Under the pieces are notes generated by a model. It searched no databases, was not told the DNA's origin, and worked only from the letters and a program-made list of their open reading frames with translations. From Bacteroidia bacterium (lineage in GTDB: Bacteria; Bacteroidota; Bacteroidia; Bacteroidales; VadinHA17), in NCBI GenBank assembly GCA_026391215.1, contig JAPLDX010000009.1, forward strand, positions 1-24,292: 24,292 bases of DNA. The letters are read 5' to 3'. The first letter of the stretch is position 1. Each line of letters starts with the position of its first letter. A program made the position numbers and the translations under genes. Below, one piece after another: positions 1-8,500 of this stretch.

Positions 1-246
1 ATAATTTTCATTGAAATGTTCTTCCAGAAGAGCTTTATCGAAATGGAACGATTTGATAAGAACCTGAAAAACCATATCTCCGGTTGAAATATCAAGGACA
101 CTGGCAACCTGGTTGTTATCTCCTTTGATATCCTCCATGGCGGTATGGGAATAGAAACCGATATAACCGTTTTTAGTCATGTACTTCTGTGCATTGGCTG
201 CAAAGAACAGAAATGAAAGAAGGAAAATTAATGATAATCGTTTCAT
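1..246 (-). CDS. YceI-family lipid/polyisoprenoid-binding protein, runs off the window start (3' end missing)
   Basis: Not in the ORF track. Manual translation from ATG at 246: MKRLSLIFLLSFLFFAANAQKYMTKNGYIGFYSHTAMEDIKGDNNQVASVLDISTGDMVFQVLIKSFHFDKALLEEHFNENY. Signal peptide plus the F-x-F-x-x-x-L-x-E-E-H-F-N-E-N-Y motif typical of Bacteroidetes YceI proteins. Confidence 0.85.
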   Translation of the reverse strand, partial: MKRLSLIFLLSFLFFAANAQKYMTKNGYIGFYSHTAMEDIKGDNNQVASVLDISTGDMVFQVLIKSFHFDKALLEEHFNENY

Positions 247-300
247 ATTGTTTGTATTGTTTAATATTAAACAAACAACGGATAAAAAAGTTTATGGACT

Positions 301-1182
301 CTATTTTTTCAATGTAAATACCCTTGAAATATTAAAACCAAAATGGATATCACCCTTTAACCAGCTGCCCGTAGTTTCACCTATGAATCCTTTTTCTATC
401 ATTGCCAGCGAATTCGTAAAGATCAGCTGAAAAACGTGTCCGCCGGTCTCTATATCTATACCAAGCGAGAGAGGATTAAAAACATCCTGGCTCATATACG
501 ATTTCGAATTCAGCAAATAAAAATACTCTGCATTAAAGCTTATTCGTTTTGTGATTTTCATTCTTCCCCCTGCACCAATAGCAAAAAGATCATTGGGATC
601 GAGCTCCGTAGCAACAAGATTGCGGTGCACAAAAACAGGTGAGAGCTGGACAGAAAAAGACTGATTGATTTTCCGTGCTATAAGTAGTTGATGTACATAA
701 GAAAATCTTGATGATAAATAATTGGTTCTGCTTGCATCTGCCCATTTGACCGATGTTACAGCGACAGATGATAATACCGAAACAGAAACAGGCATAACTC
801 TTACGCCGGACGACTGCCTCAAAATTGTGAATTTGGCAAATCCATCATAAGTCTTTTCATATGTTCCTCTGCCAACTCCAATCATGATCCAGTTTAATAT
901 CCCATATTCAAGACCGAAATGTACGCTTGACTGGTCAAGACCGAATAATTCATAAGAGCCAGAGTTTAGAGTTCCAAAACGGTGAGAAATCCTTACATCG
1001 AGCTGTCCGGGAGGCATTCTTTCAACTGAATGGCCATTCATAACCCTTGTAGATTTGAAAGTGGCTGTAGTATAATTTATTTCAGGAGGTGTGTTTTCGT
1101 CCAGCAGACCCATCAAATCATCCTGCGCAAAAAGAGCGGAGGAAGACAATAATAACAGAATTATAATATAGAATAGTCTCAT
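301..1182 (-). CDS. DUF5777-like outer-membrane beta-barrel protein
   Basis: Signal peptide; ATFKSTR..NGHSVE, ISHRFG, FGLD, GIDIETGGHVFQL and a C-terminal HFGFNISRVF beta-signal; sits next to YceI and cytochrome c genes. Confidence 0.75.
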   Translation of the reverse strand: MRLFYIIILLLLSSSALFAQDDLMGLLDENTPPEINYTTATFKSTRVMNGHSVERMPPGQLDVRISHRFGTLNSGSYELFGLDQSSVHFGLEYGILNWIMIGVGRGTYEKTYDGFAKFTILRQSSGVRVMPVSVSVLSSVAVTSVKWADASRTNYLSSRFSYVHQLLIARKINQSFSVQLSPVFVHRNLVATELDPNDLFAIGAGGRMKITKRISFNAEYFYLLNSKSYMSQDVFNPLSLGIDIETGGHVFQLIFTNSLAMIEKGFIGETTGSWLKGDIHFGFNISRVFTLKK

Positions 1183-1203
1183 ATTAAAGATTTAAGCTTT
1201 TAA

Positions 1204-1584
1204 TCAGTTATCAGGAGCTCCATTTTTCATCCAGATATCAAATTGCGTGATCGGGCATGAATTCAGCTTCCCACCGTTTTTGGGCATAGGAGAATAAGTG
1301 CCGGTATGTTTAATAGATCCGATAATAGCTGTCGTTCTTGGTTTTACGTCTGTATAATCTTCAAGTCGAATGTTGTTACCTGCGGCAGCAGCAGTTGCAT
1401 TCGAGTGGCACGAAAGACAATTGTTTGCCAGAATAGGTGTAATTGTTCCGCTGAAAGAGACAGAGATTGTATCGCATGATGAATTCAAAGAGGGATACAA
1501 AGCTTCCTCATTATCATAATAGCATGATAAGGAGATTAATAAGATTGTAGCAAATGTCACGAATACCGGAAGCAACCGTTTCAT
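1204..1584 (-). CDS. Mono-heme cytochrome c domain lipoprotein
   Basis: Lipobox-like SLSC, heme motif CLSCH, distal MPK motif. Start taken at MKRLL (1584); alternative ATG at 1593. Confidence 0.75.
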   Translation of the reverse strand: MKRLLPVFVTFATILLISLSCYYDNEEALYPSLNSSCDTISVSFSGTITPILANNCLSCHSNATAAAAGNNIRLEDYTDVKPRTTAIIGSIKHTGTYSPMPKNGGKLNSCPITQFDIWMKNGAPDN

Positions 1585-1585
1585 A

Positions 1586-2566
1586 CTAGTCATTTAAATA
1601 TCCATTTTTTATCCAAATCTCAAACTGTCTGATCCTGCAGGTTGAAAGGGAACCACCAGGCGGCATTTTAGTCACGCCAATTCCTTTTAATGAGTTAATG
1701 AGACTTCCGTTTGAAGCAGCAACAGCAACATTATTATAGTATGCCAGGGCAACGCCACCGGATGGTGATGACCCGCTGTGACATCCTGTGCATGAGCTTT
1801 GAATTACAGGCCAGATGATTGCTGTGAAAGTAACCGGATTAATTGTATCACAGGTCTCACCGCAAAACGAATTGAGAGCGCCATAACTGATCCAGGCTGC
1901 TATTGAGTCTATCTCTGCTATTGTAAGCTGGGCTTTTCCTGTTGGAGGCATTTTTTCTTCACCGCCAGATAGTTTTATTACTTTATACAATTTACTGTTG
2001 CCGGGATTTCCCGGAGTAACTGCGGTCATTGTAGTGCTGTAACTTGAAAAAACATATCCTTCTTTATGGGTAATAGCATCGTGACAAGTGGTTGTTGCAC
2101 ATCGCGATGTAAGCACCGGGAGGATATCACGGGAAAAACAAGCCAATGGGTTATAACTTTCTGAATCTTGTCCTGATGTTTCAGAACAAGTGGTAAGTAG
2201 GGCACCCTGTTCAATCCATACTCTGATTATTGTCCTGTTATCCATGGACAAAAACTGATCCGGCGGCATTTTATTTTCACCGGATTTGGCAATAATTGCT
2301 TTGTAGACTTTACTTGAATATGGCTTGCCTGGTTCAACAGCATGACTTATCGGCACATAACTGGTAAGGTTTAAGTCCGATTCCCCCGTACCATTGTGGC
2401 ACCCTGAAAAAGCACAATTATTCTGAAAAACAGGAAGTACATCCCTTTCGAAACATATTTCCAGGATATTACTGATATCAGCATTATGCGTACATGAAGA
2501 GATCCATGAAAAGACCGTGATGAAAAGGATCATTCCCAACAAAAGAAAAATTCTGTCATTTTTCAT
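1586..2566 (-). CDS. Lipoprotein with three tandem cytochrome c-like (Planctomycete-type) domains
   Basis: Lipobox ISSC; three repeats of F..D(V/I)LP / CxxCH-like / MPP / W, with motifs CAFSGCH, CATTTCH and CTGCH. Start taken at MKNDRIF (2566). Confidence 0.75.
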   Translation of the reverse strand: MKNDRIFLLLGMILFITVFSWISSCTHNADISNILEICFERDVLPVFQNNCAFSGCHNGTGESDLNLTSYVPISHAVEPGKPYSSKVYKAIIAKSGENKMPPDQFLSMDNRTIIRVWIEQGALLTTCSETSGQDSESYNPLACFSRDILPVLTSRCATTTCHDAITHKEGYVFSSYSTTMTAVTPGNPGNSKLYKVIKLSGGEEKMPPTGKAQLTIAEIDSIAAWISYGALNSFCGETCDTINPVTFTAIIWPVIQSSCTGCHSGSSPSGGVALAYYNNVAVAASNGSLINSLKGIGVTKMPPGGSLSTCRIRQFEIWIKNGYLND

Positions 2567-2597
2567 GCAAACAGATTTATAAACACTCAACTATAGG

Positions 2598-2605
2598 CAA
2601 AGATA
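2598..2605 (-). promoter_or_regulatory. Bacteroidetes -7 promoter box (TATCTTTG) for the cytochrome c/barrel/YceI operon
   Basis: Matches TAnnTTTG about 30 bp upstream of the 2566 start. Confidence 0.55.
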
Positions 2606-2661
2606 CAACTCATAAGTATTAATGATGATATATAGCATGTTGATATTTAGCATATCACGGA

Positions 2662-3156
2662 CTACACCATCATCCTGAATTCGTATTCAAAATTAGGTGT
2701 AAATATCTCTTTCCCGATATTTTCTTTTATCTCTTGAATTGTCCAATATCTTCCATCATCAATTTCCTCCGGATTAACAACAGGGATTTCTTCAGAATTG
2801 CCCGTGAATGAATATACAAGCTCTCTTTCCCTGGGCGATTCCCAGATATATTTTCGTTTAAGCAGATATCTGAAATTCTTCAATCCAAGCTCCTCCAGTG
2901 TTTCCCTTTTCAGTGCTTCTTCAACACTCTCTCCCGGTCTAATATGTCCGCCAACCGATGTATCCCACCTCCCGGGGAATAGATCTTTTGTCATCGCCCG
3001 TTTTTGTAAATAAAGATCTCCTGCCTTGTTAAAAAGATGAAGATGAACGACAGGGTGTAGTAATTTACTTTTTCCATTGTGGCAAAGGCTACGTGCTGCT
3101 ACGGAAATCTCATTGCCCTCTTCATCAACAATGGGAAAAAGCTCATCAGGGATCAT
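2662..3156 (-). CDS. NUDIX hydrolase (IPP-isomerase/YfcD-like)
   Basis: LHPVVHLHLFN, LYLQKR and Nudix box GGHIRPGESVEEALKRETLEELG. Start taken at MIPDEL (3156), right after the pbpC stop. Confidence 0.85.
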   Translation of the reverse strand: MIPDELFPIVDEEGNEISVAARSLCHNGKSKLLHPVVHLHLFNKAGDLYLQKRAMTKDLFPGRWDTSVGGHIRPGESVEEALKRETLEELGLKNFRYLLKRKYIWESPRERELVYSFTGNSEEIPVVNPEEIDDGRYWTIQEIKENIGKEIFTPNFEYEFRMMV

Positions 3157-3157
3157 T

Positions 3158-5506
3158 TTATTCATCAGATTTACCAATAATAGTAAAAATACACTTAATA
3201 GTGTTCCCATCCTCATCTACAACAGTCAGAACATGATCCCCTGAACCAGCCATGATCTCGATCTGGTGCATAAACCTTGTTGTCGCGACATAATCCTTAT
3301 CAAGATGCCAGAAGATCTTTTTTGAGGGATTACGATGGGCCACTTCAGGAATTATCCTGGTTTGCAGGCCGGACTGGTCGCGCGGGATGAATATCTTTAT
3401 TCCCTGAGTGGGATACAGAAACTCCATGACAGGAATACTTTTATCGGATGAACATCCCGGCGCATAAGGAGGCAATACTTTATATTCAGGATGTTTTTGT
3501 CTGTAAAAATATTCCATTGCAGGAGGCAGAATGAACCACGATTCATTAGTAATCTCAGATGATGGTACACAATCTGCATTAACCTGCAGAATTCTGTTAT
3601 TATCGAGATGAATGATCTTGTGATAAGGACAGGCTTCGCTTCTTAATCCATTTACACAGGCATAAATCTCTTCTGTTTCAGGACAATCGGGGCCGGCCCT
3701 GAAGCCGCTCTGCTGGCATACTTTTATCATTGTCATTTCCTCTGCGGGTTCAGCAAACCATCCACGGGTTCCCATCATATTGACAAGGTCAAAAAGTATT
3801 GGAGCTGCAGCCGAAATACCCGTCAGGCCTGGTCTTCCTTCCCCATCTGCATTGCCGGCCCAGACTCCTATAACATAGTCCGGAGTTGTTCCGACAGCCC
3901 AGGCATCACGAAAACCGAAGCTGGTACCTGTTTTCCAGGCAATATTCTGGGAGGATGAAAAATATTGCCATCCGGCTTCTCCTTCCGGTCTGTTCACTTT
4001 CCTGAGAGCCTCATAAGTAAGCCAGATCGATGAGGCAGAAAGAGGAGGATCAGTATCTTCAATTTTTTCGGAGAGAACTGTTTCCTGTGATATCAAAACC
4101 GGTGGATGATAATCCTCCCGGAAGTATTTCTTTTCATTGTTGTAATTGCACAAAATTCTTGAAAGTGAGGCATATACTCCTGTCAGCTCCCATAATGAAG
4201 TTTCTCCGCCGCCAAGGATCAGGGACAATCCATAATGATCTGCAGGTTTTTCAAAAGTTGAGAATCCTGTTTCTGCCAGGAGATTAAGAAAACGTTCTGC
4301 ACTGTATTCCTGGAGCATCTTAACTGCAGGAATGTTAAGTGATTGTGAAAGAGCGTATGAGGCAGGGACAGCACCATTAAAGCTAAGGTCAAAATTCCTG
4401 GGTGAGAAACCCGGGAACCTTGTTGGGACATCCGCAATCAGAGTATTGGGAAGGATCTCTCCCGATTTCTGCATAGCTGCATAAAGAAGAGGTTTCAGAA
4501 TACTTCCTGTGCTCCGGTATGATTTAATGATATCGACATCATTGCCATGTTCTTCAGGATTCTCCGGGGAGCTGTTCCCAATATATGCGAGGACTTCTCC
4601 CGTTTCGACTTTTATAATTATGCAGGCTGAATTATTAATGAAATTCCCGGAAAGATCTTTCTGATGAGCACTAATTATCTCCTTCGCTCTCTCTTGTATT
4701 TCAGGAACTATTGTCGTTTTTATCCTTTCACCCCTGTTATTCATGTAGAAATAATCTGTAAGATGCGGTGCCCTGGCAGGCAGGGATCTGGGTTCTCCCG
4801 GGACAGGCTCATCAAGTGCGAGTATCAGGGTTATAGAATCGAAACATTCTTTTTCAAAAAGCTTTTTCAGGAGATCATCGCGGTGCATTTTAAGCATCTC
4901 CTGGTTCCTGCCGGGAAAAACGAGCGAAGGCGAATTCGGGAGTACTGCAAGAGCTGCAGCTTCCGCCCACGTCAGATCCTCTGATGATTTCCCTAGGTAA
5001 CGCCAGGTTGCAGCTTCCAGTCCTACAATATTACCACCAAAAGGCGCATTGGCAGCATACATATTAAGGATGACCTTTTTAGACCGGAACAGCTCAAGCT
5101 TCAGGGCGGAAAGTATCTCGATAAATTTTTGAGAATATGTACGCGGCCTGTTGCCCTGTGAGATACGCGCCACCTGCATGGTGATTGTGCTTCCTCCGCT
5201 GACGATCTTCCCTGCTTTAATATTCATGGCCAAAGCCCTTACAAGAGAAACGGGATTAATACCCGGATGCCAGTAGAAATATTTATCCTCAAAAGCCAGC
5301 AAAGCCTTTTCGAATTTTTCAGGGACATGATCGAAACCAGGGAATCTCCACTGACCATCATCTGCAATACGAGCTCCGAGGAGAGTCCCGTTATTTCCCT
5401 CAATAATAGTAGATAACGGTACGCGGAACCGCGGGTAAGGTGAAAGCAAAACCGGAGTAATTAATACTCCGGCGGCTATCAGTACTATTTTCAGTTTTCT
5501 GTTCAA
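3158..5506 (-). CDS. pbpC: Penicillin-binding protein 1C
   Basis: Transglycosylase motifs EDKYFYWHPG and GGSTITMQVAR; transpeptidase motifs SILK, SLN and KTGT; directly downstream of alpha-2-macroglobulin; TTG start. Confidence 0.93.
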   Translation of the reverse strand: MNRKLKIVLIAAGVLITPVLLSPYPRFRVPLSTIIEGNNGTLLGARIADDGQWRFPGFDHVPEKFEKALLAFEDKYFYWHPGINPVSLVRALAMNIKAGKIVSGGSTITMQVARISQGNRPRTYSQKFIEILSALKLELFRSKKVILNMYAANAPFGGNIVGLEAATWRYLGKSSEDLTWAEAAALAVLPNSPSLVFPGRNQEMLKMHRDDLLKKLFEKECFDSITLILALDEPVPGEPRSLPARAPHLTDYFYMNNRGERIKTTIVPEIQERAKEIISAHQKDLSGNFINNSACIIIKVETGEVLAYIGNSSPENPEEHGNDVDIIKSYRSTGSILKPLLYAAMQKSGEILPNTLIADVPTRFPGFSPRNFDLSFNGAVPASYALSQSLNIPAVKMLQEYSAERFLNLLAETGFSTFEKPADHYGLSLILGGGETSLWELTGVYASLSRILCNYNNEKKYFREDYHPPVLISQETVLSEKIEDTDPPLSASSIWLTYEALRKVNRPEGEAGWQYFSSSQNIAWKTGTSFGFRDAWAVGTTPDYVIGVWAGNADGEGRPGLTGISAAAPILFDLVNMMGTRGWFAEPAEEMTMIKVCQQSGFRAGPDCPETEEIYACVNGLRSEACPYHKIIHLDNNRILQVNADCVPSSEITNESWFILPPAMEYFYRQKHPEYKVLPPYAPGCSSDKSIPVMEFLYPTQGIKIFIPRDQSGLQTRIIPEVAHRNPSKKIFWHLDKDYVATTRFMHQIEIMAGSGDHVLTVVDEDGNTIKCIFTIIGKSDE

Positions 5507-5507
5507 T

Positions 5508-8500
5508 CTATTCTCCGGTTACCGTCACCTGTGTTCCGGGGATCCTTGCATAACAGTTTTCGGTGTACATTGCCTCGCACCATACCGACGGCTGGAAATA
5601 CGATCCTTTATAGGCGGCATTAAGGATAAGGACAAACGTTTTTGTTTCTCCCTGATTAAGTGTGAAGTACGTGTTAACCCTGTCATCCCTGAAATCGCGG
5701 TAATCAAAGGAGCTTTCCTTTATGCCCCAATCTGCTTCAAACAGTCGGGTGTTCTGTATCTCCCATCCCGAAGGAACCATTTTGGTAAGTGCAATATTAT
5801 CCACCCTTGAAAAAGTATTATTGGAAATCCTGACAACCATCATGAAGTCAGTGCCCTGAACCAGGTTCTTATGGTCAATAGGTTTCAGGTTCATATTCAG
5901 GTAATCAATTTTCATGCTTAATCCTTTTTCTACCCTTGTAGCATCAGAATAGAGAGGAATTCCTTTCCTTATCAGTGTTGCATAGAGAGGCCTTTCAGAA
6001 CTATTTTCGACTGAAAGAGAATTAACATCATCCTTCATTTTAAGGTCCTTTTTCCATAATAACTTTTGCCGGATAGTCTGATCAGATTTTTCTCCGTTAT
6101 AGCTGATCCTGACTTTTGCCTGGCTATCTGCATCTCCGGGAAGCATATTTACCCATTTCATATATGAGAAAAGGCCCCAGGCAAGAGATTGAGTGCTGTA
6201 CCAGGATTCATTACTGATATTATCACAGATCTCTTTAAGGACAACAAGAGCCTGTTCCTCGTTTTTCAGAAGGGTAAGCGTATAAAGGATAATTGCTTTA
6301 TCACGAATAGGGCTTCCATAATAATAGTATTGATATTCAGGTTCAGTTTCAATGCTCCTCATATCAAGCAAATCGCCGGCTACTTCGGCTCTGCCTGTTG
6401 TTGCATATGCTGCCGCCAGGAACCATCTGGATAATTGCGGAATCTCAGCAGACTCTCTTAACCTGTTCATTGCTCCTTTCTCTGGCTCTCCGGCCAAAGC
6501 AAGGGTAAAGAGACGGTAAGCCTGATCATTTGCAGATTGTTTGTATCGTGTATCATAACGCCATTCCTGTGCTGCTTTCTTCTGGTAACTGATCCATTTC
6601 TGTCTGAATCCTGAAGTGAAATTATAACCCTGACGTTCCGCTTCAATCATAAAATGTCCGGCATATGAAGTTATCCAGTTATCAGCCTGGTATGAGCCCG
6701 GCCACATGGCAATACCTCCATTGACCATTTGTCTTTCTATCAGCTTATTGATTGCTTCTTTTATGTTGTCAGAGGTTTTTTGTGCAATGCCCGGATCATT
6801 ATCTGCCAGATCTTTCAGAAATAGCTGAGGGAATGCGCAGGAAGTTACCTGTTCAGAGCATCCGTGAGGATAATTGACCAGGTAATCCATCCTTTTTTCA
6901 AGATTGATTGAAGGCAGGGCCGATATTTCCAGTTGAGCCGAACCGGAGCCTTCTATTCCGAATTGCTTGAATGTTGTCTCCCATTTTTCTCCGGGCCTGA
7001 GGACCTTAAGTTCAGCACGAACCTCAGGAGGATTCGGGCTCCTGATCTCAATCTCCATATCATAAACAGCTGTCTCTCCGCCCCCCGATGCTGTCACTTT
7101 AATTTTCGCCACCCCGGTCTTTTCTCCTGCAATAAATGTAAATTCTGTATCTTTTTCTCCCGGACCCGAAGCTGTAATACTTTTTGTATTCTCCTTGAAA
7201 CTGATAAGGTCATTTCCTTCTGCTTTCACTGAAATGTCCCTGATGTTATCTTTCTGGATGAATAATGTCACAGGTAGTGCAGCTTCCTCACCCGGGCTTA
7301 TAACCCTTGGTGCAGTGACAAGGACCATCAGCGGATCTTTTACGGGAACCGCTTTTTCAGAAGCGCCGAAAGCCCTGTTGCTGCCTGCAATAACCATTGT
7401 TCTCACTGATCCTGTGTACTGTGGAAGTGTAATTGTGTGGGTATTGGTTTTTCCAGCTCCCAGGGTGTATGATCCGAGGAATTTGACTACAGGAACAAAT
7501 CTCTGTGCTTTATTTGCAGTTTTATCAGCTATAGCCTCATCACCTCCAATGGCAAAGATCCTTTCGAGCGTGCCACCGAAAGAACCCAGGACAAAGTCAT
7601 AGATATCCCATGTTTGAACTCCAAGCGCTTCGCGGGCATAGAAATAATTCCATGGATCCGGGGTCCTGAAGCCGGTGATATCAAGCAATCCTTCATCAAC
7701 CACAGCCACAGTATAAGTCATCGCATTGCGGTTTGCTTCTGATACCCTAATTTCAAAAGGTCTTTGCGATCGTAATTCATCAGCCATGTCGATTTGTGGT
7801 GAAAGCCGGGTTCCAGGATCCTCAACCATAACAGGGACAATACCGTAGAGCCTGACCGGCATATCGTTAATTGTCTGGCTGTGAGGCTGGATCACTGATA
7901 CAAAAGCATATACATTTGGCGCCATTTCAGGAGTCGCCTTGAATTTCACTTCGGTATTTCCCTTTAAGGCAGGAACCCTTATCTCATCAATAACTCCAGT
8001 AGAATTTTCAAGAGTGACTATCACTCTAGAATTTTCAGGGGAGGGGAATGAGAGCTTGATCTCATCTCCCGGATTATATTTCTCTTTATCGGTGCTTATG
8101 GTAAGAAGAGTGGCTCCCTCGGCATTGCCTTTCATGCCATATTCCCATGGCCAGTCTATGAGCAGCATCTTCCCAGTGGAATGCCCTTCAGGAGTGGTGG
8201 CCCTTACAAGATAACGTCCCCATTCCTTCTTATCAATCTTAAAGGAGAAACTGCCTTCCCCACCGGATGTAGTTATTGTGTTTTTGATCACAGGCTTATA
8301 GATCTGGTTCGAGATATAATAAGCAAGATTTTCTTCATCTGATTCCCACCACCATCTGTATGAAAGCTTATAAACTGTCAGTTCAACCTGCGACCTGACG
8401 GGCTTCCCTTTATCATCCACAGTGACCACATTTACATCGATATCTTCATCTGTAAACAGCATCCTGTTTTTACCTTTGAGTCCGGGCAAATTGATTCCGG

